Source of the DNA: Heterodontus francisci | Lineage: Eukaryota | Direction of reading: 5' to 3' | DNA: 64,000 nucleotides | Assembly (NCBI RefSeq): GCF_036365525.1 | Contig: NC_090417.1 | Span: 8,325,850 to 8,389,849 of the forward strand | Shown here: positions 12,780 to 25,074 of the stretch, one piece after another | Layout of the letters: the number at the start of each line of letters is the position of its first letter | Position numbering within the stretch: position 1 is the first letter of the stretch | Translations under genes and position numbers: made by a program | The notes under the pieces: generated by a model | Seen by the model: the letters and a program-made list of their open reading frames with translations, nothing else | What the model was told of the DNA's origin: nothing | Database searches by the model: none

Positions 12780-13590
12780 GCAGAGTGAGGGAGGAGGTGC
12801 TGTTCGGAGACAGTGAGACCTGAGAACTGAAGCCCAGAGGCATTAATTAGGTGAGCAGGTAGGTGATTGGTTGGCGAGTTTTAAGTTTTTTTTTCTTTCT
12901 AAGCTGGGGCAGTAGTTTAAACTGGTACTGGGGAATATACACGTTTTGTATTAAAATTGTAGGTTAACTAGTTAAACTACTTAATATAGCTACAAATTAT
13001 CAGTGATATTTCTAAACTTGAAAACTAATTTGTGAAATAAAACACTAGAAATGGCAGGATTGATTGTAGCATGTGGGAGCTGGCGGATACCAGTGTGATC
13101 CACTGCAATCACATCTGCATTAGGTGACTGCAGCTTGAGGAACTTCAGCTCAGAGCTGAAGAGCTACAGTCCAAGATTTGTACACTGCGATGCATCAGGA
13201 AGGGGTAAGTTACCTGGACGCTTTGCTCCAGGAGACAGTCACACCCCTTAGACTTGGTACTTGAGATTTGGTCTGTGGTCAGGGACAGGAGGGTGTGACT
13301 ATGACTGAGACAGGTATGGGGATACAGAAGGTAGCAATGGAGAAGCCTCAGCCCTTGAATTTGTCCAACAGGTTCGAGGTTCTTCCAGCTTGTGTGGATG
13401 AGAATAGGGACGGTAGAGTGGTGGAGCAAACTGACCACAGCACCATGATGCAGAGGGCCATTCAAGTGGGGAGAATAAAAAGGAATGTAGTACTCGTGGG
13501 GGACAGTATAGTTAGGGGGATAGATACTGTTCTTTGTAGCCAAGAATATGAGTCCCGAAGGCTGCATTGCCTGCCCGGTGCCAGGGTTAA
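12780..13590 (+). mobile_element. CR1 5'UTR + ORF1 (esterase/SGNH) fragment
   Basis: LSNRFEVL, VVLVGDSIVRG, CLPGARV. Confidence 0.8.
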
Positions 13591-14505
13591 ATGCCTTGCA
13601 TTTTTCACTTGTGCCTTAACAGGTCTATATTTGCTCTGCCTTCCAGACCGACTCAGCTTCTCTTCCATATTTGGCTGTGCCTCACCCCCTACTGTACTTA
13701 AACTCTGTATCCCATCCCCCTGCCAAATTAGTTTCAACCCCACCCCCCACACCACCCAACAGCACAAGCAAACCTCCCAGCAAGGATGTTGGTCCCATTT
13801 CAGTTTGGGTGTAACCCGTCCAACTTGTACAGGTCCCACCTTTGCCATAAACAAACCCAGTGATCCAGGAACCTAAAGCCCTCCCTCCTGCACCATCTCT
13901 TCAACCACAGATTCATCTGCTCTCTCCTCCTATTCCTACTCGCTAACATGTGGCACAGGGAGTAATCCAGAGATTACGACCTTTGAAGTCCTGCTTTTTA
14001 ATCTGCTACCTAGCTCCCTAAATTCTTGTTGCAGGACCTCATCCCTCTTTCTACTTCTGTCGTTGGTACCAATGTGTATCACAACCTCTGACTGCTCACC
14101 CTCCCCCTTCAGAATGTCCTGCAGCTGCTCCGTAACATCCTTGACCCTAGCACCAGGGAGGCAACATACCATTCTAGAGTCACGTTTGCGGCCACAGAAA
14201 CGCCTATATGCACCCTTTACAATAGAATCCTCTATCGCTACAGCTCTTCCACCCCTTTTCCTTCCCTGCTGTGCAGCAGAGCCCTCCGTGGTGCCATGAA
14301 CTTGGCTGTTGCTGCTTTGAGGTCATCTCCCCCAACAGTATCCAAAGCGGTATATCTGTTTGAGAGGGGGATGGCCACAGGGGACTCCTGCACTACCTGC
14401 CTGCGTCTAGTACTCCGTCTGGTGGTCACCCATCCCTTTTCTGCCTGTGCAGCCATTACCTGCGGTGTGACCACCTCGCTAAACGTGCTAACCACGATGT
14501 TCTCA
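13591..14505 (-). mobile_element. CR1 ORF1 (esterase/SGNH) fragment, opposite orientation
   Basis: IPLSNRYTAL, MVCCLPGARVKDV, VVIHIGTND, KVVISGLLPVP. Confidence 0.85.
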
Positions 14506-14845
14506 GCATCACCTTGTCCCATGACCACTGTTTTCTCTGCACTTAGAATCAAGGAGAACAAGTTGCAGGCATGGGAGAGACAGTCCATGAGTCTTTGTAG
14601 CTGAGGTTTCCGTGTGAGCGACTGGCGCAGCATCGTTAGCATAGAGGAGTTTTCTGATCAGGAGGCGGTGTGTCTTTGGCTTCGCTTTCAGCCTTAATAC
14701 ATTGTCGAGCTTGCAATCTGACCTAGTGTGCAAGTAGACTCCTTCCATATCTGCAAGGAGGGTGAAGGTCAGGAGCATGGAGAAGAAAATGCCAAACAGA
14801 GTAGGGGCTAGGACACAACCCTGTTTTACTCCATTCTTCACTGTG
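14506..14845 (-). mobile_element. RTE-clade LINE RT fragment
   Basis: NGVKQGCVLAPTLFGIFFSMLL...RLKAKPKT...LLYANDAA (degenerate YADD). Confidence 0.85.
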
Positions 14846-17660
14846 AAACTGAAAAGCGATCATAACAGGATAGAATTTCAATTTCAGTTTGAGACTGAGA
14901 AATTTCGATCTGAAGCTCCCTCTTAAACTTAAATAAAAGCAGTTCCAAAGGCATGAAGACAGAGTGGCTAAAGTGGACTGGGAAAAAAAGTTAAAAAGCT
15001 AAGACAGAAGAGAACCACTGGCAGACATTTGGAGGAGATATCTCAAAACTCTCAACCAAGATATATTCTACTGAGAAAGAAATGCTCTATGAGAAGGATA
15101 CACCATCCGTGGCCAACTAAGGAAGCTAAGGATATAATCAGACTGAAAGAAAAGGCGCACAATGCACAAAGATTAGTGGTAGGCCAGAAGATTAGGAAAA
15201 TTTTAGAAACCAGCAGAGAATGACTAAAAAAGAATTAAGATGGAGAAATTAGAGTATGAGAGTAAACTGACAAAAAATTGACAGTAAATGCTTCCACAAA
15301 TATTTAAAAAGTAAGAGAGTAGCTGAACTAAGTGTTAGTCTCTTTGAGTAGGAAACTGGGGAATTAATAATGGGAAACAGGAAATGGCAAAGACTTTGAA
15401 CAAGTAACTTGCATCTGTCTTCACAGTAGAATGCACAAAAAGCATCCAAAGAATAACAGAATATAAAGAGGCAAAACAGTCCTGTCTTTTTTCCTCCTCA
15501 GGAGAATTGTTTGCGTTTTTAAGATCAGAGCACCTTCAAGAACTCTCCAGAGGCTCAGTGAGCCAAAATGCATTCTGGTTGCCAAGCAACAGCCAGAGAG
15601 AGAGAGAGGACAGAGATTCAATGTTGCAGTTTTGACTTTTAAAAATTAGCTGAGCAGCAATCAGTTGAGAGACTGTTCCAGCAACTGAACGAAGGAGGGC
15701 TCTCTCAGACAATTTAAACTGAAGGACAAAGAGCTGTGTTATTTCTCTCTCAAGAAATTTCTACAAAGCTTCAAGATGAAGTAATTCCCTAAGAAAATGA
15801 GAAAAGCTTTTCTTTCGGAACAAACTATCAGCATTACTGTGTTTAACACTGAAGGGACAGTTTATGCTACAACTGCCGAACTGAACTGCTGAATTCCTAT
15901 CTTCAGAAGGACCTTCTGCTTCATCGGGCCTTGGAAGACTGCAAGTGAACTTTGACTGTGTTGTACTGGAAGATTCCATCCGTCAGCAACGTAACTTGCA
16001 AAGAATTTACTTTTTCGGGCAGCTATTTAAAAACCAAACTACTGTTAGTTTGTGTACATGTATGCAAATGTGGAAGTTAGTTTTTTTAATTAAGAAGTTA
16101 TAAAGTCATTAGATATTGGTTTATCTTAGTGTTTAAGATTTTAGTTTTTTTTTGAACAGTTATTTTGTTGATATCTAAAGGTACCTGGTTTGGCTCGCTT
16201 CATTCATTTGGCTGCTTTTTTCTTCGATTTGGAAAGCTTAAATAAATATTATGCGACCTGTGGAGCGACAGGACTGAATTGACAGCTATTTGCTCCGACC
16301 GCGATCAGAATCATATATTTTGATTGGGGGCTTTGGAAATAAAACAAGCACTATCACTAAAACTACGAGGAATACAAATGGGACTAAAGGCTGACAAGTC
16401 CCCTGGACTTGATGGCCTGCATCCTAGGGTTTAAAAAGAAGTGGGTACAGAGATAGTGAATGCATTGGTTGTAATCTTCCATAATTGCCTAGATTCTGGA
16501 AAGGTCCCAGCGGATTGGGAAACCCCAAATTTAACACTTGTATTCAAAAAAGGAGGGAGACAGAAAGCAGGAAGCTATAGGTCAATTAGCCTCACGTGTC
16601 ATTGGGAAAATGCTAGAATCCAATATTAAGTAAGTAGTAGCAGGACATTTACAATATCATAATGAAATCAGGCAGAGTCAACTTAGTTTTAGGAAAGGGA
16701 AATCGTGTTTGACAAATTTATTAGACTTCTCTGAGGATGCAACAAGCAGGATGGATAAAGGGAAAACCAGTAGACGTAGTGTATTTGGATTTCCAAAAGG
16801 CATTTGATAAGGTGCCACAAAAAAGGTTACTACACAAGCTCAGAGCTCATGGTGTTGGGGGTAATATATTAGGATGTACAGAGGATTGGCTAACTAACTG
16901 GAAACAGAGAGTCAGGATTAATGTAGCTAGGGATCAGTGCTGGGGCCCTAACTTTTTGACTTGGATGAAGGGACAGAGTTCATTGTAGCCAAATTTGCTA
17001 CTGATATAAAGCTAACTAGGAAAGCAAGTTGTGAGGAGGACTAAGTGTCTGCAAAGAGATTTCGATAGGTTCAGTGAGTGGGCACAAAAAAATGGCAGAT
17101 GGAGTACAATGTGGGAAAATGTGAGAATATCCACTCTGGCAGGAATAGAAAAGCAGATTATTGTTTACATGGAGACACACTACGGGACTCTGGGTTTAGA
17201 GGGATCTGGGTGTTCTCGTGCATCAATCACAAAAAATTCGCATGAGGGTACAGCAAGTAATTAGGAAGGCAAACGGAAGGTTGTCATTTATTGCCTGGTG
17301 GATGAAATATAAAACTAGCGAAATCTTGCTAAAACTGTACAGGACATTTGAGAGTTCACAGCTGGAGCACTGCAGACAGTTTTGGTCTCCTTACTTAAGG
17401 AGGGATATACTTGCACTGGAAGCAGTTCGGAGAAACTTCAAGAGGTTGATTCCTGGGACGAAGGGGTTGTCTTATGAAGAAAGATTGAGCAGGTTGGATA
17501 CTCATTCGAGTTTAGAAGAATGAGACATGATTTTATTGGAACATAGAAGATTCTGAGGGGGCTTGACAGTGTATATGCTGAGTGATGTTTCCCCTCGTGG
17601 GGGAATCCAGAACTAGGGGGCAAAGTTTCCAAATAAGGGGTCTCCCATTTAAGACAGAAG
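14846..17660 (+). mobile_element. Degenerate CR1 ORF2, interrupted by an LTR-like insert at about 15480-16332
   Basis: KSPG.DGLHPRVLKE, VP.DW..PN.T.VFKKG, DVVYLDFQKAFDKVP, LEHC.QFWSPYLR, with many frameshifts. Confidence 0.85.
15480..16332 (+). mobile_element. LTR-like repeat (partial)
   Basis: 3' block ACCTGTGGAGCGACAGGACTGAATTGACAG is shared with the LTR-like ends at 48270-48325 and 57730-57784. Confidence 0.55.
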
Positions 17661-17685
17661 ACTAAGGAAGCTGCCACATTTCAAT

Positions 17686-17823
17686 CCAAAGAAGGGTCAC
17701 TGACCCGAAACGTTAACTCTGCTTCTCTTTCCACAGATGCTGCCAGACCTGCTGAGTGATTCCAACATTTCTTGTTTTTGTTTCAGATTTCCAGCATCCG
17801 CAGTATTTTGCTTTTATTATATC
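17686..17823 (+). mobile_element. Short Penelope pLTR-derived element with TSD
   Basis: Matches 7615-7750; flanked by GCCACATTTCAAT 17673-17685 / GCCACATTACAAT 17824-17836. Confidence 0.85.
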
Positions 17824-18229
17824 GCCACATTACAATGTCTGACTCTCAATCAAAACACTAAGGTCAAACCCAGTCTCAGCTGAGACATTTGGACAGGAGA
17901 GGAATCCTTCCAGCATTGCTCATTCACTTGAGAACATGCACAGTTTCAACCTTTTCCTTCTGATGGAGAAAATAGACAATTCTCACAATGTTTTTCATGC
18001 CAAATCCATCGAGACCACTACTCACAATTTAATATAAAATCCAATTACAGTTCTTGATTTAGCTGTCCTTTCTCTTCTTTAAAATCTTACTTGAAGGGCC
18101 TTGGCCTCTTGCTTACGTTTCATAACAATAAAAAGGTTCCCTTTTCTTTTCCCAGGTAGTTTCAGGCTTTTACAAATATTAGAATTTAACAGAACGACAT
18201 TTTGTCAGAGGAAGCTATCGTGCTCTAAC

Positions 18230-18362
18230 CTTCGAAAGCCACCAGTTAATGTTATAACTGCAGCAGGTAGAAATCTGTGTACAGCTCCTTCAACAATTTG
18301 CCCAATTGAATCTGCCTCTGCCCTTGTAACTGGTACAAGAAGGTCTTCATAATACAGCAGAC
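18230..18362 (-). CDS. POLM: DNA polymerase mu, exon 7
   Basis: ttacag| (G)LLYYEDLLVPVTRAEADSIGQIVEGAVHRFLPAAVITLTGGFR(R) |gttaga; 133 nt. Confidence 0.93.
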
Positions 18363-18744
18363 CTGTAAAACAAGAGATTATCAGTTCTAAAACGGGGACA
18401 TACTTGGCAGCTGTTCAAAGTATTTTGAAATGTCATTCAGTTCAACTTTCTTTTTTAAACAATGCCTGAAGGACTTATTGCTGCATGTCCTTTTTCTAGC
18501 TTCTGTTGACTACATTGGTGCTTGGCAGCACCAAAGATTATAGTCCACTGAATGGCATCTTCATTTTTGCAGCAGATCAACATTCTGGGTTCATACCGCG
18601 TAATTTTTCTTCTGCTTTTTATCCACCTATACTTGAATACTCCACTCCCCTAACGTCTCAAATTTAAAATAATCATCCTTGTGTTATATCTCTCATGGCC
18701 TTGTCCTTCTCTAGCTCTACAAGAACATAAGAAATAGGAGCAAA

Positions 18745-20500
18745 GAATCATAGAAAGTTGACGGCACAGAAAGAGTCCACTTGGCCCATCGCGTCAGTGC
18801 CGGCCAAAAAACGATCCACCAGTTAATTCGCACCTTCCAGCATCTGGCCCATAGTCCTGCAGATTACAGCACATGAGCTGCATATCCAGATACCTTTTAA
18901 ATGAGTTGAGGGTTTCTGCCTCGATTACCCTTTCATGCAGTGAGTTCCAGACCTCCACCACCCTCTGGGTGAAAAATATTTTCCTCATCTCCCCTCTAAT
19001 CGTTCTACCTATCACTTAAAGTCCACAAAGTGACTCCTAACAACACAGCGGCCCGCCAACCTCATCAGAGTACTCCAAGCTACGCACATGCGCCAACGGT
19101 CTCCTGCTCTCAGTGAGATGCTGCACACGCGCAGCCTACGTCTTGCCAGGACGAATTGGCGCATGCACGGGAAAACGTCATCGCGCAACGCCAACATCAT
19201 CGCGTAACTCCAACATAATTGTGGAACCGCGCCTCCCGCCCCACTGGCCGCTCACTCCAGGCCTCGACACTTTCTCCTCCTCCTCCTTTCTCCCCACTGG
19301 CCGCTTCCCCCACTCAGCCGCTCGCTCCAGACCTTGCCACTATTTGCCCCCACTCCCCTCGGCCAATTGTTTGCCGCTCCTCGCTTCCCCCACCACCCCA
19401 CTCTCCGGCTGCTCACTCCCCCCAGCCACTAGCTCCTCGCTTCCCCCCGACCTCCAGCCGCTAGCTCCCTGCTTCCCCTCTCCCTCCAGCCACATAGCTT
19501 CCCGATTCTGCTCCCCCCGCCCTCCAGACACTAGCTCTAGGCTGCGCCGCTTCCCTCCTTTTGGCACCCTCCCACGCCAACACGTCACCCCTCGCGGCCC
19601 ACCTTGCTTCTTCGGGCAGCATCCGGAGGACAATCGAAAGTGGGTGCAAGTGGCCGAGAGAAGGTAAGTGGCGTGGCCTAGAGCACGTGTCTGGGGTGGG
19701 GGGGGGGGTGGGGGGAAAAGAGAGCAGGGAGCGAGCAGCCAGAGAGTAGGGTGGCAGCAGGGAGCAGGATGCGAATCGGCCGAGGGGAGGGGAAGGGGGG
19801 GAGGGGCAGTGGTGATGTCTGGAGCGAGCGGCTGTGCCAGTGGTGGAATGGGAAGGAAAACAGCGAGGCTGGAGCAAGTGCTTAAGGGGAGGCTGCAGGG
19901 AGCCAGCGGTGAGAAGACGGGCATATGAGGAGACGATAGAAATAAGCGCAATGGCAGGAGCAAGCGGGGAACTGTTGGGGGGAGGGGGGGGGGGGGAGCG
20001 GTGGGATGGAAGTGGCAATGGCTCCCATTGAGCAGATTTTTGGTTTGAATTTGTTTTTCTGTGATAAATTGAGCAGCGCCATCTTTAATCCTGGCAGCTG
20101 CCTGAACATCCCAGACAGTGACGTTTCAGTGTAAGAGCCTGCATTTGCGCATGCACCAGTACTGCACTGCCTAATGGTTGCATTGTCAGCAAACGCAGCC
20201 TTAAATCTATGCCCCCTTGTCACTGATCCCTCTGCTAAGGTAAACAGGCCCTTCACCTCCCCTCTGTCTATGCCACCACAATTTTGTATATTTCACTTAT
20301 ATTTTCCCTCAGCCGTCTCTGTTTCAAGGAGAACAACCCCAACCTACGCAATATTTCCTCAGAGCTCCATTTTTCCAGTCCTGGCAACACCCTCGTAAAT
20401 CTCCGCTGTACCCTCTCTAGTGCAATTACATCCTTTCTGTAATGAGGTGACCAGAACTGCACACACTACTCAAGTTGTAGCTTAACCCATGGTTTATAAT
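18745..20500 (-). mobile_element. CR1 3' fragment split by an insertion at 19021-20200
   Basis: QFWSPHYRKDVIALERVQRRFTR (20268-20462) continues through VTRGHRFK into FFTQRVVEVWNSL (18794-19015). Confidence 0.85.
19021..20200. mobile_element. Non-autonomous GC-rich fold-back element flanked by a TTAA(A) duplication
   Basis: TTAAA at 19016-19020 and 20201-20205; removing the insert restores contiguous CR1 sequence; internal C-rich and G-rich inverted arms. Confidence 0.75.
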
Positions 20501-22144
20501 TACAGTGCATAGCTTGTCGCACATTTCAATGGAAATTACATCCGAGATAGAGAGAAAGAGACATAGACACAGAGAGAGAGCACGCAAGAGAAAACGAGAA
20601 AGAGGAGCAGGAATAGACCATATGGCCCGTCAAGCCTGCTCCACCATTCAAAATCATGATGACTGATCTTAGGATTTAACTCCACTTTCTCACGCACTCA
20701 GCATATCCCTCGATTCCCTGAGACACCAAAAATCTGTCTATCCCAGCCTTATATCTCTAACCTCATCCAGCCCTACAATCTTCTTCGAACGCTGTGTTTC
20801 TTCAATTCTGGCCTCTTGTGCATTCCCCACTCCCTTTGCCACCTCATTGGCAGCTGTGGTTTCAGTCATCTGGGCCCATTGGTTTGGAATTCCCTCCTTA
20901 AACCTCTTTGCCTCTCCATCTCCTTGTCAACTTTTAAGACCCTGCATAAAACCCACTTCCTTGACGCAGCTTTATTTACCCCTATTAAAGTCTCCCTCTT
21001 TAGCTCTGGGTCAATTTCTGCCAAATTAGGAGTCTATGAAGACCCATGAAAAATTCTGGAAAAACTTGACAACTCATAAAAACTCTCTCTTCCAGGATGT
21101 CAAATGATCCACGTTGATCAGATCCTGATCTGGATTCCTTGCTTGTGACGTTTTCTATGTTAAAGGCTTGACAGAAATGTAGTTGTTGTTGCTGCTTCAA
21201 CTAACTAGCCTCTGAATGCAGAATAAGTGGTACATTCAGACGTCTTCATGTGACTCTGGGCAATTTAGTTCAGCTCCTTGCGGTCCAGAGAATAACGGGT
21301 TCATCTGGTGCAGCACAGCACCCATATAGACCAGAATATTCCAGATTTCAATTTCCAAATGTGCTCAGCTAGCCAATCTCAATTGTGACAACTGTTGGGG
21401 CACTGCAATAAGTCACTACAATCACCCCTGTCCTTTATGACCTTCGATAGCTCCCCATTTCCGAAAGTTTTCATTTTAAAATGCTTGTCTTTGACGACAG
21501 ATCCCTCAGCTCAATTCCTACTTTGGCAACTTCAACGCCCTGCAACATATATTTCACCCTCCAATCCTTCCAATCTGGACGACTGTGTGTTGCTTCTCAC
21601 TCCTCCATGCCACCTTACATGCTCAGAGTTTTCAACCATCTCTGGAATTCATTGCCTGGCAACATCTCTCCTCACCTTGAAAAACTGTCTCCAAATCTAC
21701 ATCTTAGACCTCCTGTTCAGCAATCTCCATTAAATGTTCTCCCAATTCTTTATCAGTTTCTAATTTTCCCCCTCAAAAAGCACCTTGTGTATTGCAATAG
21801 ATTCAAGGTACGATATAAGTGGAAGTCTAGCATCAAGTGAGTCCTGTTCAAATGTGTGCATGAGTGAACAACAAGCAAGGACAGGGCTGAGTTTGGCTGT
21901 AATATTCTCCAAAACAATAGCAAACTAACACTCACACTTGAGTTTAAGAATAACCACAGGCTCACAAACTGCTGCTGGTATACACTGAACTATAGCCAAG
22001 CAAAATTCACTAATTCTGAAAAAGTAGAGATAAAATATACAAGTTTAACTACAAGACAACAAAGTGCGACATCACCTCAAGTCTTAGATGTTTTAAAATT
22101 GAAAAATTCACAACTGAACAACTTGCCTTCAACAAATCTTTTTG

Positions 22145-23565
22145 TAATTCTTTTATGGGATGTGGGTGTCACTGGCTGGGCCAGCATTTATTGCCATCTT
22201 GAACTGCCCTTGAGAATGTGTTAGGGAGCCACATTCTTGAACCACTACAGTCCATGCAGTGTAGATACTCCCACAGTGCTGCGAGAAAAGGAGTTCCAGG
22301 ATTTTGTCCCAACAACACTGAACAAACAGCAATATAGTTCCAAGTCAGGATGGTGTGTGGCTTGGAAGGGAACTTGCAGATAGTGGTGTTGCCTTGCATC
22401 CGCTGCCCTTGTCCTTCTAGGTGGTAGAGGTCACAGGTTTGGAAAGTGCTGTTGAAGCTTTGGTGAGTTACTGCAGTGCATCTTGTGATGGTACACACTG
22501 CTGCGGCTGTGCAAAGTGGTGAAGGGAGGACATGAAAGTGGCGGATGGGGCACCAATCAATTGGGCTGCTTTGTGCTGGATGGTGTCGAGCTTCTTGAGT
22601 GTTGCTGGAGCTGCAGGGAAGTGATGTATGCCATCTCACTCCGAACGTGTCTTGTAAATGGTGAGCAGGCTTTGGGGAGACGAAAGGTGAGTTACTTGCC
22701 ACAGAATTCCCAGCCTCTGACCTGCTCTTGTAGCCACATGACTGGCGCTGTTCAGTTTCCAGTCAATGGTAACCCCCAGGATGTTGATAGTGGGGGATTC
22801 AGCGACGGTAATGCTTTTGAAATGTCAATCGGAGATGGTTAGATTCTCTCTTGCTGGAGATGGTCATTGCCTGACACTTGTGTGGAGCAAATGTAACTTA
22901 TCACTTATCAGCCCAAACCTGAATGTTGTCCAGGTCTTGCTGCATATGGAAACGGACTGCTTCAGTATCTGAGTCATCGCGAATAGTGAACATTGTGCAA
23001 TCATCAGCGAACATCCCCACTTCTGACCTTGTGATGGAGGGAAGGTCATTGATGAAGCAGCTGAAGATGTTTGAGCCTAGGACACTACCCTGAGCAACTC
23101 CAGCAGTTATGTCCTGGGACTGAGATGACTGACCTCCAACAATCTTCCTTTATGCTAGGTATGGCTCCAACCAGCGGACAGTTTTCCCCCCGATTCCCAT
23201 TGATGCCAGTTTTGCTAGGGCTCCTTGATGCCACATTGGGTCAAATGCTGCCTTGATGTCAACGGCAGTCACTCTCACCTCCCCTCTGGAGTTCAGCTCT
23301 TTTGTCCAGGTTTGGGCCAAGGCTATAATAGGTCAGGGGCTGAGTGGCCCTGGCAGAACCCAAACTGAAGGTCAGTGAGCAGGTTATTGCTGAGCAAGTG
23401 CCGCTTGATAGCACTGTCAATGATACCTTCCATCACTTGGCTGATGATCTGAACTGAATGGGCGAGAATTGGCCGAGTTGGATTTGCCCCGCTTTTTCTG
23501 CACAGGACATACCTGGGCAATTTTCCACATTGTCGTGTAGATGCCAGTGTTCTCCTACTGGAGTA
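22145..23565 (-). mobile_element. Degenerate CR1-clade LINE (older copy of the 37920-39480 family)
   Basis: Collinear nucleotide similarity to 37925-39370; QFGFCQGHSAPDL. Confidence 0.85.
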
Positions 23566-23758
23566 GAATGGACTATGAAATATATCAAATTGGATTAAAT
23601 CCACTTTTTCTCCCCTTTTGTGCTCAAACTGATTCTTTTTGGGGGTACAGTTGCAACGTACAGAAATATTGAACAATGATAAATGACCTTGAAAATAGTA
23701 AGCCACTTAAAAGGCAGCCTGTTAAAATAGGCTTATATTTTGTCCATAACTTTATTAC

Positions 23759-23878
23759 CTGCTTCCTGTTCTTTTGTAAGTTTTATTTTTGATGCTCTCA
23801 AGTCATCCAGTGTTCGGAGCCCCTCTCTGTACCACTTATCAGCTGTCTTCCACCAACGCCAAAAATACTGGTGAATAG
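23759..23878 (-). CDS. POLM: DNA polymerase mu, exon 6 (fingers/HhH), apparent 1-nt deletion at about 23850
   Basis: tgtag| LFTSIFGVG-[GG, only 2 nt]-KTADKWYREGLRTLDDLRASKIKLTKEQEA(G) |gtaata. The exon is 120 nt, but the phases of exons 5 and 7 require 3n+1 (121). Confidence 0.9.
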
Positions 23879-23994
23879 CTACAGAACCAGAAAAAAGGGT
23901 AACAAACCATGATAACTGGTTACTGACCTGCTGTTAACACAGACATGAGAATGCCAGCTCTAGTGCAATGTATTGTTATTTTCCAATAAAAAGA

Positions 23995-24400
23995 AAAATT
24001 AATTCTATTTATACTGCACCTTTCATGACCTCAGAACATTCCCAAGTGCTTTGCAGCCAATGAAGTACATCCTAAGTGTAGTCACTTCTGCAATGTAGGA
24101 AATAGAGCAGCCAATTTGCGTATGGCAAGCTCCCACAAACAGCAATGAGTCAACGGTCAGATAATTTTTATGTTGAGGAGTAAATATTGGTCAGGACGCC
24201 AGGGAGAATTCTGCTGCTCTTCTTTGAAATAGAGCCATGTAATCTTTGACATCCGTTAGACAGCGTATAGGGCATTGGTTTATCATCTCATCCCAAGGTG
24301 GCACCTCAGAGATTGCAGCATCCCTCAGTACTGCATCACAGTGTCAACCTAGATTTTTCTGCTCAAGTCTAAATAAAAGAATTACCAACTTTTGGAAAGG
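23995..24400 (-). mobile_element. DeuSINE-type SINE
   Basis: Similar to 1-421 (CAGCCAATGAAGTAC...GTGTAGTCACT...GCAAGCTCCCACAAACA). Confidence 0.7.
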
Positions 24401-25002
24401 CTGCAGTGACTTTGGCTTTTTGCACCTGTTGCTGGCACCTGTATAACTAATATAGTAAAACCATGCTTGTATTCCAGAACTTATTTGTTTCAAAATAGCT
24501 TTTGAAATGTTTTTTGAAGTAACAACAGACTGAAACTAATGTATACTTTTGACCATTCACCAAAACAATTTACAACCAGTTTTTTGAAAAAAAAAAGAGA
24601 CTGCTCTAAATGCACAGAAGGCTGATCAACATCTGAACAAGAAACTTAGATTACTGTTTTGGCTGGAACACCTGGTCAGAACTCAAGTAAATTCTGGGAA
24701 GGGTCCCACCTGAAATGTTAATTTCTCTCGTGCTTTCTGTTTCCATTTCAAATTTCCATTTTCTCTTTTCATATATACACACATATTTACACAACAAAAT
24801 TGGTATCGTTGTTAAGATTATATCCAACAGGTTGATGTAGCCTGGAAATGGTTGAACATCATTTTACCATTCACCAGGTTTAGCAAATTTCCTCAGCATC
24901 CATTTTCTGACAATGTTTGAAACCGAACACGTGAACTTTTCAGCTCATTTTACACATGCAGTAGAACATAGCTAAGACTAAGATCTTAAGACTAAGACTT
25001 AC

Positions 25003-25074
25003 CTTTAGAGTTTGATATCTCTGATCCTGGATTACATTCTCAACTTCTCTGCAGATTCCATCTTCAAGGATTTC
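25003..25074 (-). CDS. POLM: DNA polymerase mu, exon 5
   Basis: tgcag| EILEDGICREVENVIQDQRYQTLK |gtaagt; 72 nt. Confidence 0.92.

Noticed and set aside
16324-16335. TTGGGGGCT as a possible tRNA-Pro primer-binding site after the LTR-like repeat
   Set aside because: Match stops after about 8 nt and no internal retroviral sequence follows.
19113-20256. Cluster of long Pro/Gly-rich ORFs on both strands
   Set aside because: Artefact of GC-rich low-complexity sequence in the fold-back element.
22272-22310. CACAGTG heptamers (also about 38051, 40312, 62325, 63327) as possible RAG recombination signals
   Set aside because: No ACAAAAACC-like nonamer at 12/23 spacing; most lie inside CR1 sequence.
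24971-25001. Short TAAGAC/TAAGAT tandem beside the exon 5 donor
   Set aside because: Small slippage duplication; the donor GTAAGT is intact; no spacer structure, so not CRISPR-like.
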